A stretch of 64,000 nucleotides of DNA from the human T2T-CHM13v2.0 reference genome, Homo sapiens (GCF_009914755.1 NC_060934.1); one strand, 5' to 3'; numbered from the stretch's first letter, positions 35,078-50,497 are shown. Translations and numbers: made by a program. Notes: generated by a model from the sequence alone, not told the origin.

Positions 35078-38000
35078 ATCACGGCAGATTTGAGGCAAGA
35101 CTAGATTGCAGCTTCAACTTGAATGGACAGAGCAGCATGAGGAGGCTCACACTGTGAATTTTAGCTCCGGATCCACTGCAAAAACAAACCAGCAATCCTG
35201 AGGACCCAAAGACGCTCTGAAGGAAGCAGACTGTTCCCACAGGACCCAGGAGACACCCCAAATACTATGAGTGCCCCAACTGTGGAAAGTGGGAAAGGGA
35301 GAGCCTCCTCTCCCAAACACACAACCCCACTGGAGAAACTGAAGGTCTGTTTGCGGGAGAAGTTTGTGACCTTACCTGGAGCTGAGTCAGTTTAGAGAGC
35401 TGAGCAAAATACAGGGATAGAGGAAGCAGCAGAAAGGCCCTGGGAGCTTGCTTGGTCCCCAAGCAAGCCATTCCTGCCTGGCACCACAGGGATCCACTGG
35501 GAGGGAGGCCAGAGGAGTTGGGGAGAAAAGACCACAGGGAGAAGGAGAAGGAAATCTCCAGCTGAACTTTGTAACAATTTGAATGAGGTGAGACACCTCC
35601 TGGCCAGAACTCAGGGGAGGGTGCAAATCCAGTGTGCAGACTTCACAGGTAGGGAGAAAAAACAAGCCCATTTCTTTCACAGCTGGGAGGTGGGTAGCCT
35701 GGGGCAAGTTCTCAAGTCCAGCTCAGCCACCACCTGGAAACAGACTTGGGGCTGTTGTGGGGCACGGTGTGAGTGAGACCAGTCCTTTGGTTTGCATGGG
35801 AACTGGGTGAGGCCCATGACTGCCGGCTTTCCTCCAATTCCCTGACAACCTACATTACTCAGCTGAGGCAGCCATAATCCTCCTAGGTACACAACTCCAT
35901 TGACCTGGGAATCTCACTCCCATCCCCCAGAGCAACAGAAGCAAGACCCACCCAAGGAGAGTGAATTCAAACATGCCTAGCACTTCCCCTACCTGATGCT
36001 CCTTCCCTACCCAACCTGGTAGCTGAAGACAAAGGGCATATAATCTTGGGAGTTCTAGGGCCCTACCCACTGCCAGTTCCTCTTCATACTACCACAGCTG
36101 ATGCTCTCTGAAAAGCACCACGTCCCAGCAGAAGGCCAACCAGCACAAAAACAGAGCATTAAGCCACCAAAGCTAAGAACTCTCATGGAGTCCATTTCAC
36201 CACTCTGCCACCTCCACTGGAATAGGCATTGGTATCCACAGCTGAGAGATCCATAGATGGTTCACATCACAGGACTCTGTGAAGACAGCCCCCAGTACCA
36301 GCCCAGAGCCAGGTAGACTTGCTGGGTGGCTAGACTCAGAAGAGAGATAAAAATCACTGCAGTTTGGCTTACAGAAAGCCACACCCATAGGAAAAGGAGG
36401 GGAAGTACTGAATAAAAAGAACACCCCATGAGACATTCTGAACAACAGCCTTCAGCCCTAGACCTTCCCTCTGACAGAGCCTACCCAACTGAGAAGGAAC
36501 CAGAAAACCAACTGTGATAATATGACAAAACAAGACTCTTTAACACTCCCCCCCCAAAAATCACACTTGTTCACCAACAACGGACCCAAACCTAGAAGAA
36601 ATCCCTGATTTACCTGAAAAAGAATTCAGGAGGTTAGTCATTAAGCTAATCAGGAAGGCACCAGAGAAAGGTGAAGCCCAATGCAAGGAAATCCAAATAT
36701 TCAAGGAAATAGATAGCTTAAAGAAAAAAACAATAAAAAATTCAGGAAACATTGGATACACTTATAGAAATGCAAAATGCTCTGGAAAGTCTCAGCAATA
36801 AAACTAAACAAGTAGAAGAAAGAAATTCAGAGCTTGAAGACAAGGTCTTTGAATTAACCCAATCCAACAAAGACAAAGAGAAAAGAATAAGAAAAGATGA
36901 ACAACATCTCCAAGAAGTCTGGGATTATGTTAAATGACCAAACCTAAGAATAATTGGTTTTCCTGAGGAAGAAGATAATTCTAAAAGCTTGAAAACCATA
37001 TTTGGGGGAATAATCAAAGAAAACTTCCTTGGCCTCCCTAGAGACCTAGACCTCCAAATACAAGAATCACAAAGAACACATGGGAAATAAATTTTAAAAA
37101 ATCATTGCCTAGGTACATTGTCACCAGGTTAGCCAAAGTTAAGATGAAGGAAAGACTCTTAAGAGCTGTGAGACAGAAGCACCAGGTAACCCATAAAGAA
37201 AAACCTATCAGGTTAACAGCAGATTTTTCAGCAGAAACACCACAAGCTAGAAGGGATTGGGGCCCTTTCTTCAGCCTTCTCAAATGAAACAATTGCCTTT
37301 TGTATCCAGAGAAACTAAGCTTCATATATGAAGGAAAGATACAGCCTTTTTCAGACAAACAGATGCTGAGAGAATTTGCCACTACTAAGCCACCACTACA
37401 AGAACTGCTAAAAGGAGCTCTAAATCTTGAAACAAATCCTGGAGATACATCAAAACACAACCTCTTTAAAGCATAAATCACACAGGACCTATAAAACAAA
37501 AATACAAGTTAAAAAGCAAAAACAAAAAACAAAAGCACACAGGCAGCAAATAGCATGATGAATGCAATGGTACCTTGCATCTCAATACTAACATTGAATG
37601 TAAATGGCATAAATGCTCCACTTAAAAGATACAGAAACTGCAGAATAAATAAGAAACTGCAGAATAAATAAAACACTTAAAAGATACAGAACTACAGAAT
37701 AAATAAGAACTCACCAACCACTAACTTCTGCCGTCAGGAGACTCATCTAACACATAAGGACTCACATAAACTTAAAGGAGGGGGAAAAGGCATTTCATGC
37801 AAATGGACACCAAAAGTGAGCAGGGGTAACTATTCTTACATCAGAATATCAGACAAAATAAACTTTAGAACAACAGCAGTTAAAAGAGACAAAGAGGGAC
37901 ATTATGTAATGGTAAAAGGCATTGTCAACAGGAAAATATCACAATCCTAAACATATATGCACCTAACACTGGAGCTCCCAAATTTATAAAACAATTACTA

Positions 38001-40247
38001 ATAGACATAAGAAATGAGATAGACAGCAATACAATAATACTGGGGGACTTCAATACTCCACTGACAGCACTAGACAGCTCATCAAGACAGATAGTCAACA
38101 AAGAAACAATGGATTTAAATTATACCTAGGAACAAACGGACTTAACAGATACATACAGGACATTCTATTCATCAGCTCATGGAAATTTCTCCAAGATAGA
38201 CCACATGATAGGCCATAAAACGAGCCTCAAAAAATTTAAGAAAATTGAAATTATATCAAGCACTCTTTCAGACCACAGTGGAATAAAACTAGAAATAACT
38301 CCAAAAGAAACGTTCAAAACGATGCAAATACATGGAAATTAAATAACCTGGTCCTGAATGAGCACTGGGTCAAAAATAATCAAAGTGGAAATTTAAAAAT
38401 CCTTTGAACTGAATAACAATAATGACACAACCTATCAAAACCTCTGAGATACAGCACAGGCAGTGCTAAGAGGAAAGTTCATAACCCTGAATGCCTACAT
38501 CAAAAAGACTGAAAGAGCACAAACACATTATAAGGTCACACCTTAGGGAACTAGAGAAACAAGAACAAACCAAACCCAAACACAGCAGAAGAACGGAAAT
38601 AACCAAGATTAGAGCATAACTAAATGAAATTGAAACAAAAATAATACAAAAGATAAATGAAACAAAAAGCTATTTTGTGAAAAGATAAATAAAATTGATA
38701 GATCATTAGCAAGATAAACCAAGAAAAGAAGAGAAAATCCAAATAACATCATTAAAAAATAAAACAGGAGATATTACAATTGTCACAACTGAAATAAAAG
38801 ATAATTCAAGGCTACTATGAACACCTTTATGTGCATAAACTAGAAAACCTAGACGACATGGATAAACGCCTGGAAAAATGCAAACCTCCTATCTTAAATT
38901 AGGAACAATTAGACACATGAACAGACCAATAACAAGAGTTATTGAAATGTCAATTAAAAAATTACCAACAAAAAAAGTCCAGGACCAAAAGGATTCACAG
39001 CGGAATTCTACCAGCCTTTCGAAGAATAATTGGTACCAATCTTTTTGACACTATTCCACAAGATAGAGAAAGAAGTAACCCTCCCTAATTCATTCTGTGA
39101 AGCCAGCATCACTCTAATACCAAAATCTGGAAAGGACATAACCAAAAAGGAAAACTACAGACCGATATCCTTGATGAACATATATGCTAAAGTCCTTAAC
39201 AAAATTCTAGCTAATCGAATCCAACAACATATCAAAAAGATAATCCACCATGATTAAGTGGGTTTCCTACCAGAGATGCAGGGATCATTGAACATATGCA
39301 AGTCGATAAATGTGATACACTACATAAACAGAATTAAAAACAAAAATCACATGATCATCTCAATAGATGCAGAATAAAGCATTTGACACAATCCAGCATT
39401 TCTTTATGATTAAAACTCTCAGCAAAATTGGTGTATAAGGGACATACTTCAACGTAATAAAAGCCATCTATGACAAACCCACAGACAACATAATACTGAA
39501 TGGGGAAAAGTTGAAAGCATTTTCCCTGAAAACTGGAACAAGACAAGGATGCCCACTTACACCACTCCCCTTCAACGTAGTACTGGAAGTCCTAGCCAGA
39601 GCAATTAGACAAGAGAAAGAAATAAAGGGCATCCAAATTGGTAAAGAAAAAGTCAAACTGTTACTGTTTGCTGATTATATAATCATTTATCTTGAAATCC
39701 CTGAAGACTTCTCCAGAGAGCTCCTAGAACTGATAACAGAATTCAGCAAAGTTTCCAGATACAAGATTAATGTACATAAATCAGTAGCTCTTCTATACCC
39801 AACAGTGACCAAGCAGAGAATCAAATCAAGAACTCAACCCCTTTTACAATAGCTGCAAAAAAATGAAAGTCTTACGAATATACCTAACCAAAGAATCAAA
39901 ATATTTCTACAAGGAAAGCTATGAAACACTGCTGAGAGAAATCATAGATGACACACAAAAAATGGAAACACATCCCATGCTTATGGATGGGTAGAATCAA
40001 TATTGTGCAAATGACCATACTGCCAAAAGCAATCTATGAATTCAATGCAATCCCCATCAAAATACCACCATAATTCTTCACAGAATTAGAAAAAAAAATT
40101 CTAAAATTAATTTGAAACCAAAACAGAGCCCACATAGCCAAAGCAAGACTAAGCAAAAAGAACAAATCTAGTGGCATCACTCTGCCTGATTTCAAACTAT
40201 AAGGCCATAGTCACAAAAACAGAATGGTACTTGTATAAATATAGGCA
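35078..40247 (+). mobile_element. LINE-1 L1PB (L1PBa-type 5'UTR): 5'-complete, 3'-deleted
   Basis: 5'UTR gaggcaagactagattgcagc...; ORF1 from ~36521; ORF2 from ~37557 (peptides at 39030-39257 and 39511-39852); ends abruptly within ORF2. Confidence 0.93.
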
Positions 40248-41286
40248 GAGTGTTAACATAAATATAGACTTGCATAAATATAGACTAACAGAAACTCAAC
40301 ATCAGCCATTGTTCACTATACATACTTTTAATGTACCTTAAGGTTTTCCTATTTCTAACACATTATTTTTCTGCCATACCAAGGTAAGAAATGTTGCAGC
40401 CAGTGGTTATTTTGTTTTTAATCATAATATTTAATGGCTTTTTCTGCTGTAGAAATTTTTTAAGCTATTACTTTTATCTAAATCCCTTCCCTTATTTTGA
40501 CTGACATATTAATTAACTGGGTAAAAATTTTTACAACCACATCTCATTATGAATATGAATCAATGTATCCCTCCCATCATATTATTAAGGCTCAACCTCC
40601 TCTTCCTTTACCCAGATGACAAGCTGACAAAGAGAAAAGCTTTAATTCTATTTTTTTTTCTTGGTGGGAAAATGATGATACAATGGAAAACTTATGTGCT
40701 CATTTCATCCAATTCTAACTTACGGTCCTGAGCACTCTAACAGTTTGGAGGTCGTTCTTATCTGAGTTTATGGCATGTGTAGATTTTGTTAACAAAATAA
40801 AGTTAGTATTAGTCAGATAAAAATATCAAGTACAAATCTGTGGTTTCATTCTACAAAAACACGCATCTCACTAGAAAAAGCTGATTAGCATTTCGGATCA
40901 TATGTCCATATTTTTTTTAAAAGTATTATCAGGCTTCTAGGGGTTGAGTCAAATAAATGCTAAGTTGGAGCCAGCCTCCACTGTTCTACTAGCTCTTATC
41001 TACCTTTTCCAAACCTACATTCTGAAGTATAATGCATGTCAGTTATCTCTTCCCCAGGTCAGGTGATTTACATGATCTTGGAACACACATTTCAAGTATT
41101 CGAGGTGGTCTTTACTATCCACCTATGTCCAGCTTCCAGAGACTTACCCACCTTCAGCTTCTTGCAGAGCACATTGAACCTCTCCATCTCAGAGCTGCCG
41201 GTAAAAAGTGGAAGTGAGAACAAATGTGCTTTTCTTCTTCTCTGTCCTAATACTACCAAAAAATTATAGTTTAAAAGTCCAAAAAG

Positions 41287-41896
<610 letters not shown>

Positions 41897-44189
41897 AAAA
41901 GTCCAAAAAGATAGAAATATCTTATTAAGAAGAGTATGAGAAGAGTACCATCAGTAGAAGGAAAATACATTTTTAGAAGGCAACAAAATAATTAATTAAA
42001 AATGAATAATAATATTAATAGTTAGCAAAGCCAGCCTGAGAAAAACTTAGCTTTGAGCTAGTGAAGGCAGAGGATATAATCCAGAAGGTGCAAGCTGATG
42101 TAGCAGAAACGCAAGAAGCCTCAGGATCAGACTATCCAGGGACTAAAGGCAGTGGGATGAGACTTGGAGATCCATGGTGTGGAAAAGTGGACCTCAGTCC
42201 CATACTTCTCCCCATTTGAGAATGCAAAATATCTAAGGAGTTAAATAATTTCCTCCGAGGCAAAATAGGGTGAGTGAAAGCTTCTATTCAAAGAAAGATG
42301 GATATTTTCCCAACAAAGGCCTCACATTTCTGGAATTTGGAAAGTGTCTGCACAGAGGCCAGTTCCCCAACTACTGACACAGAAGTGAAGTTCATTAAGA
42401 GGAAAGCCCACCCAGAACACGGAGTACCCCCACAGGTTTTTCCAATGAAAAGAGGAGAATTTGGAGAGAAAATCCTGGGAAGCATCCTCAGAGAATTTTT
42501 AAAATATATTCAATTCATACAGCATGAATAGCATGTTAATGAAAAGTGAATAGAAAACAAGGGAACGTCCTCCAGAAAACTTGAAGAAATTATGAAATTA
42601 ATATTCTTTAGAAGGGATGGGAACTAATTGTAACAAAGAAATGGAAATATCAGAGAAATATCTGTAAAATAAAAAATGATCTAACCAAGTGGTCCAATGT
42701 AAGAATTAAAAGGCATCACACAAGGAAAAAAAATGAAAAAAAAAAAAAATCAAAACAGTAATACCTGAGAGACCGCTGTAGTTGGAATCCAGCTGTGATC
42801 TTGGTTCATGTCTCTCATCTAAGTTATAATTTTTATCCTCACTCTTTTCTCTGCTTTTCTCAGAATCATATGACTAGAAAGTTTTTTTCTTCAATCCACC
42901 AACTAAGTTACTCTATATTAACCAAATAGATACTTATTTTATGTTAGCTAAAATATTATTTTTTTTTCTAAAAATTATATATACAAATGCACATATTCTA
43001 TATATGTATAAAAACATGTATATTCTATGTACACATAGAGATATGTTCAAATGAATGTTCTATATCAGGTATATATTTTGTAGACAAATATTCTAATATA
43101 TCTCTATATACAGTTTTTGTAAAAATAAAAAATATAAATTAATGGAAATCAAGACATTTATAACAATTTTTGCAATGTACAGTCTTGAGCCTCTTGCTAC
43201 AGGCAAATTAATTAAGTAGATCAGATGGTAGATACCAGTGTTGCATGGGTTGTTTTGGTAGTCTTTTAAATTTGAAGGCTTTTCCTTCAATTACTCTTAT
43301 GATCTGTCAATTTTTGCCATTCTTTGTCCTTAAATCCTCTTAAAAAGGGCCATCACTGCTAAAAGTTTCCTATATATAAAACATAATAAACATATATAGT
43401 GTATATTCATATATAAGCATGTATAGTTGTATGTTTTACTTAAAATATAATATAAAAACTTTATGCTGTCAAGGTAGGTGCCAAACTTTATTAAATATTA
43501 GTTCATTTTTAAGACCCTATTGAAAGATACAAAGAGTCGGAGAGGGAAGACCACAACAAAACCACTATTAGATAATTTAATACCCCTGAAAGTGAGCATT
43601 ATAGGCTTCTTTCCACACATATGTGAATGTAGAAGTTATTTTTATATAATATCATAAAACACATATTATTTCCACTTTTAAAATATTAACTTTTAATTTA
43701 AATAAAACTGAAGAAAATGACGGAAGTGACAAGTTTTCTGAATATCTTTTCACAAAAATATGGTAGTTTCTGAAATAAAATATTTCTAAAGTTATGAAGG
43801 ATGCAGCCGTAGAATATTGAAGAATCTACTTTTTGGATTCCATGTTTAGATTACCTACATCAGTTATTGACTGTGAGGTATGGAAGTTGAGAAAATTATC
43901 ATTGTTAACAATTATTTCTAATTTTTTAGCCCCCACTTCTCAATACTGTGTTTGAAAGTTTATTATTATTTCTATTCTCCTAAATTTTTGAACATTTAAA
44001 TTGTTCTTTTATAACATTTACACCCAAATTTTAGGCTTATTTATATACCTCCAGTTACTTTAATATAATTCAGTTGAACAACTTGAATTATGTTTTTAAA
44101 GAGAGTTATATTTTTTAAACTCTCTTTTTTTAAATAGATTTTTCCTTTCAGAAGAGAAAATGAATGGGCATTTTATAAGAAATTTCATT

Positions 44190-45170
44190 AATTTTTTTAA
44201 AATAATAAAATCCAATATACACACAAAAATATTTAAAATAAATCACAAAGAGTAATAAATGCATAAAGTCAACATCCTTATAACTGCATCAAAATATAGA
44301 CCAGAACTCTGATTATAAACCTCTTTTGCCCCCTAGAGGTAATACTATAGTTACAAGTATAAAATTTACATTGAAGTTATTTATATTTTATAATTTTTCT
44401 GTGTTTCCTTAAGATATCATTTAGTTTTTCTGCTTTGGAATTGAATACATATTGACTCAAATTATGTGGTTTTTGGTTGTGGTTCTTTATTTCTGAATTA
44501 ATAATTTGTTTTCATTGTTGTACAGTATTCCATTGAATGACTGTGCTATAAATTATTCATTTATTATTTGATAGTCACTTCTGTTGATTCCTGGTCTTGT
44601 GTGTCATACAATGCTGCTGCGAACATTCTTCTGTGTCTACCTAGGTATGCATGTATATGACTTCCTCTCTCATCTACATCCAGGAGTGAAACAGTTGGAT
44701 CATAACCTACATATTACTTCCATTTAGCTAGATAATGCCAAAGTGTTTACCAGGCTAGAGATTTACACGATCATAGAGAAATGTATAAGATATCCCATTG
44801 TTCCACATCCTCATAAAGAAACAGCAACTCTGGTTACAAATGAAATTGAACAGCTTTTTAATTTATTTCATTGGCTATTTGGATTTCTTTTTATGTGAAG
44901 TGCCATATTTCTATTTGGTCATCTCTCTCTTATTGGTTTATTCTAACTCTTTGTTCCAGGTTGGGCTAATTCCTTCTTATCTTCTTAGGTTTCCAATGAG
45001 AGATTTTTTTAAAGTTCATTCATGCGTCCTTTCTAGTTACTGTCATGAGAAAATTATCTAAATAACCTTCTAGATGAAAATGTATTTTTCACTATCTGGA
45101 AGGTTTTTTGAATCACCTCGTACAGTAATGTTCTAAAATTTCACAACAATCTGTCATTGGTTGACTTTTT
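44190..45170 (-). mobile_element. Ancient L1 (L1ME-like) fragments
   Basis: tacagtattccattgaatgact..., gctgctgcgaacattctt..., cccattgttccacatcctca. Confidence 0.55.
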
Positions 45171-45171
45171 T

Positions 45172-46975
45172 AAAAAATTACTTTACTGAGGTGTGATTGA
45201 CATACACTAAACTGTACATATGTGATATATATAACTTACTGGATTTGGAGATAAGTATAAGCCCATGAAACCATCACCACAATTTATGCCATAAACATAT
45301 CCATCACCTCTAAAAGTTTCCTCCTGCTCCCTTTATTATTATTGTTATTATATTATTGTGACAAGAATACTTAACACAAGATCTATCCTCAGCAATTTTT
45401 AAGTATACAATACAGTATTATCAACTATACGCATTATGCTGTACAATAGATCTCTAAGACTTACTTAACTTACATAACTGAAACTTTATACCCTTTGATT
45501 AATACTTCTGCATTTCTCCCTCGCGTTAGTCCCTAGCAACCACTATTCCCTTCTCTGCATCTATGAGTTTGACATTAGACCCCTCGTATAAGTTGGATCA
45601 TATAGTATTTGTCCTTCTGTGACTTGCTTACTTCACTCAGCATAATGTCCTCCAGGTTCATCTATGTTGTTGCATAGACAAGGATTTACTTCTTTTTGGA
45701 GGCTGAAAAATATTCCACTGTATGTATATATCAGATTTTCATTATTCATTTATCTGTCAATGGACACTTAGGTTGCTTTCATGTCTTGATTTTTGTGAAT
45801 AATGCTTAAATGAACATGGGTATACAGATATATCTTCAAAATCCTGATTTCAATTCTTTTGAATATATATCCAGAAGTAGGATTGCTAGATCTCACGGTA
45901 GTTCTACTTTTATTTTTTTGAGGAACTTCCAACTATGTTCCATGGTGGCTGCACCAATTTACATTTTCACCAACAGTGTACAAAGATTTCTTTTTCTCCA
46001 CACCCTCACCAATACTTATTATCTCTTACATTTTTAATAATACCCGTCCTAACAAGTGATATTTCATTGTGGTTTTAATTTGCATTTCCCTGATGATTAG
46101 TGATGGTACGCACCTCTTCATGCACCTGTTGGATGTTTATCTGTCTTCTTTGGAGAAATGTCTATTCAGGTCCCTTGCTGATTTTTAAATCAGATTATTA
46201 TTTTTGTGATTGAGTTGTAGAAGTTTTTCACATATTTTGGATATTAACTATCAAATGTTTGATTTGCAAATATTTTCTCCCATCCCATAGGCTGCGTTTT
46301 TGTTTTATTTTCTTTGCTCTTCAGAAGTTTTTAATTTAATACAGTCCCTCTGTCCATTTTCAATCTTGTTTCTTGTGTCATTTGGTGTCATATCAATGAC
46401 ATAATTGCCAAAGCCTATGTGAAATAGATTTTCCCCTATATTCTCTTCTGGGAGTTTAATGGCTTCAGGTCTTATGCTTAAGTCTTTATTTTGAGTTTAT
46501 TTTTGTGTACGATGTAAGATAAGTTACTAATTTTATTCTTTTGCATGTGGAAATCCAGTTTTCCCAATACCATTTATTTAAGGGACTATTGCTTTCCCAA
46601 TGCTTATTCTTGGCACCCTTGTAGAAGATGACCTGACAATATGTGTGTTGGTTTATTCCTTGGCTCTTTATTCTGTTCTGTTGTTCTATATGTCTGTTTT
46701 TTATGTATCATTTTATTTTGATTACTGTAGCTTTGTACTATAGTTTGAAATCAGTAGCTTTTGTTTCTCCAGCTTTGTTCTTTTTGTTCAGAATTGCTTT
46801 GCCTATTTAGGGTCTTGTGCTTCTGTATAAATTTTAGTATTTCTTTATTTCTGTAAAAATGCTTTTGCGATTTTGATATGGATAGAAATGAATTTGTAGA
46901 TCACTTTTAGTAATGTGGACATTTCAATAATATTAATTATTTTGATCCATGAACACGGTATGTTTTTCTATTTCT
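45172..46975 (-). mobile_element. L1MA8-10-like 3' fragment
   Basis: tttactgaggtgtgattgacatac...gaaaccatcaccacaa 3'UTR, continuing into ORF2 to ~46975. Confidence 0.88.
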
Positions 46976-47064
46976 ATGGGTATGGCTTAATATAGTGAGG
47001 TGTTTTGTGCTGACCATTGAGTGTGCTCTTTCATTCAAAAGGTTCGTGTCCTTTAACTCTAATA

Positions 47065-48142
47065 CTGTTGAGTCTCATTATTCATGGATTCCATGTTGAA
47101 AAATTCATCTACTCACTAAAATTTATTTGTAACCCCCAAATCAATACTTGAGGCACTTTGGGGTCATTCACGGACATGTGCAAAGCAGCAAAACTTGTGT
47201 TGGCAGATGGGGACCTTCCCAGCCTAGGCCATCCAAAACATTGTTGTGCCTTCTTGTTTCACTCCTTATACTGTAAGCAACTCTATTTTTCATAGTCTAT
47301 TTAGTTCCTCACTTATCATATTTTTTACCCTTTTTTTAGTGATTTAACTGTCTAAGATGGCCCCTAAGTGTAGTGCTAAAGTGCTGTGTAGCATTACTTA
47401 TACAAAAAAGCTGTTATATAGCTTACAGGAAAAATACTCATGTTAGATAAACTTCATTCAAGCATGAATTATAGTGCTGTTGGCTGTGAGTTCAATGTTA
47501 GTGAATCAACAAGATGGTACATATAGAAAAATGTAGACAAATTTTACCAATCTGTGTGTGAGACTGCTCCAGAAAGTAAGGCAACGTCTACAGTGCATAG
47601 TAAACTTACTTAAAAGATGGGAAAGCAGCTAAATTTGTGGATTCATGAGGTGATGACCCATTTTTAAAAAGGGTATTTGATAGCATTATTGTAAGGCTGA
47701 AAGCCAAAAAAAATTTATGGTCACATTACCCAGGGTCGGGAAAATGTTAAACTACTGGCAACTGGTGCTGGCTTGCTGGCTTGCACATTTCAAAAGGAGA
47801 TAGAGCATGAAAAATGTTCAACTTACAGATAAGGCAGATTCTGCAAGTCAGTAGACTGTAGTAGAATCTTTAAAATACCTGCTAAGTGTTGTTATTCAGG
47901 AAAAGGGTTTTACGGAAGAGTAGATTTCCAACAATAAAAAGACTGGATGGTTTATAAGGAAAGACCTTGTTGGCAAATGAATCTATATAATGTAAATGGC
48001 ATTTCAATTAATAAAAATGTGACCAGAGGCTTGTATAAATATAACTCTGTATTTCTCCTAAGAGCAATGGGTCAGCATTTTCTAATTCAGTATCCACAGT
48101 AACCTTCTAGAACATTACTTGGTGAATGATGAGAATCGACTG
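47065..48142 (+). mobile_element. Tigger6/MER82-family Tc1-mariner element with transposase remnant
   Basis: TIRs ctgttgagtctcattattca...tgaatgatgagaatcgactg and TA on both sides. Confidence 0.8.
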
Positions 48143-49419
48143 TATGTGTAGTAGGAGTTTCAGCTAAAAATGAACTTTATAGTTCCCTTCCAAGTTAACC
48201 AAGGTATAAGATTATTTCATACTAATGCCATTAATTAAAAAACTACCACAAAAAAGAGTATTTAAGATGGATAGAAGATCTTTACTAACTCCAATACTAA
48301 GAAAGACTGCCAGAGTGTACAATTGGTTGAGCAGAAGACAAAGGAAGAGATCAAATGAGGTAGGATATAACTTGTCTATCAAACTATAGAGAACCCATAA
48401 CATGAACAACATCGGGGACACTATCTATTGGTGATTAATATCAATTAACCAAGTGTTTATGTATCTATAATCTACTTAATAGAATCAATACATGGAAGGA
48501 TTATTTAGGAACTGTCATCATCCTGATGACTTTTGTAAATTGGCTTGTTTCTTTTTCATATGGCAGCCCATAGCAATGAATATTTCTCCTGCATCTTGCT
48601 GGGGAAAAACGACTTGAGCCCACTGAGATGGTAGAAGATGGATGTCAGCAGAGTATATTGGTAAGAGTTATCCTGGCAAAAGTAATCTTGAGAGGTACAG
48701 GATGGACATCTTAAGGTGTTTGGGCATGTGACATGCTCAAGGTATGATTCTTAAATTTACTTTTATGTCTTAAAAGGGTAGAACTAGAAGCTCTAATTGA
48801 AAAGTTACAAAGAGAAAGATTTCAGCTAACTATTAGGGTTAACATTTGAAAAGATATATTCATTCAACAATAAAATTGACTGCTTTGAGCCACTCCGTTT
48901 TTCCCTTCACTGTCATAATTAATCAGAGATAAAGTGGGATTTTGACGGGGGAGTATAAAAGGAATTTTCCTTTGGGTAGAAGGATGTACGAAATTATGTT
49001 TAAGTTCCTCCTTGCTTTTCTAGTACAGTGTACTATTCTTATTATGAAAACTGTATTAACACAAGTCAATAAATAAATACTTAAGATAATGAGCAATGTG
49101 AGTAGATAAAAAAAGTTAGGTAAATATGACCTTTAATAAAACCCACTTGCTTTATATTCATAATTTGCTATGGGACACTGCTACATTTTTTGGAATAAAG
49201 AAACAATCTTTCTTTCAAAAATGATCCAGTAGAGAATTATAAAACAGAAAGAACTGAAGGGTGGATAGCAACAGTAACCACAGGGGTAATTGGGAAAAAT
49301 AAAGGATGGATGCACAGGATTAATTAAATTACAAATGCAATTACTTCAGGGGAAACTAAACACAGGCAACAGAACAAATAGTCATTCATCAATAATTGCA
49401 TTTAATTCATTATCTAGAA

Positions 49420-49630
49420 GTTTAAGGGATTGGTCCTCTGGAGCCAGACAGAAATGAATTTATCTATCAGTACCACCATCTCTAACTTTGTGCCTTTATC
49501 TCTAAGAGTAACACCTCTAACCCCTCACTTTTGCATTTGTGAAAACAAATAAATAATGACTTATCAAATTGCTATAAAGATTATATTAGATAACTCATGT
49601 ATAGGCCTTAGTACAGAACCAAGCACGGTG
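49420..49630 (+). mobile_element. MIR
   Basis: ctctggagccagac...catttgtgaaaa...attagataa...cttagtacagaacc. Confidence 0.65.
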
Positions 49631-50214
49631 CCAAAATTTCAGCAACAGCAATAACATCAATAGTATTGACATCACCGTATCTGTCTAGGAATACCAGGAA
49701 TGATTTTATTGAAATGATAGCATAAAAGCAGGTTTCTAAAGAAAAGCTAAGCATTAGACAGATATGAAATGGGAAGAAGAAAATAGTCCTGGTGACTAAC
49801 ATAACCACAGCGGGAAAAAGAAACCTTATATTCTGTAAGAGTTGATGGAGTTTGTTTGCTAGTCTGATGACTGACTCCATAAAACCAACAATAATGAAAA
49901 TTCCACTTTTCCCATTGCTCAAAAAAAGAAAAAAAAAAAAAGGTTCAGTGTCGTTATTGACTCTGCTCTTTTTCTAACATCCCACATTTGTAAAAAAATG
50001 CTGCTTGCTCACCTTCAGTTTTTTTTTTAAAATGGGACTACTCATCACTACCAGCATTACCATGTCACCCTGTCACCACCCTGGGCACAGAAACTTACGT
50101 GATTTTTTGAAATACCTCATGCTAAGAAACCCTATCCAAAACTTTTAAATCAAAAAGACATTATGCCTTTTCAACATGTTATAGGAACGTTGCTTAACAA
50201 GCCCCATCAAGGAA

Positions 50215-50497
50215 TATTTCATTTTGAACAAGACAGCCTGAATGTACCCCCCACCTTGACCATATTATACAGTCTTCTTCCTGAGTCAAGGCCTCCAATT
50301 TCTCCTCTCTTGGAGCATTACTTTAGAAAACTTGTAAATTATTTCTATGTCCTGTTAAGAACATACAATTTTTTAAAAAGATTCTTAACAGTTTTATGGT
50401 GTAGGAATATCTTTCTCAAGAATCAGGCAGCCATTTTAAAAAATGTAGTCATCAAGGCAGATAGAGATCCTATCTTCTAGCCTGTGTGGAAAGGCAC
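50215..50497 (+). mobile_element. ERV1 LTR fragment (MER31-like)
   Basis: ttactttagaaaacttgtaa...tctttctcaag...aaatgtagtcatcaagg...cctatct. Confidence 0.55.

Noticed and set aside
39030-39852. RT-like ORFs
   Set aside because: Fragments of decayed L1PB ORF2 with multiple stops and frameshifts; not an active or domesticated RT.
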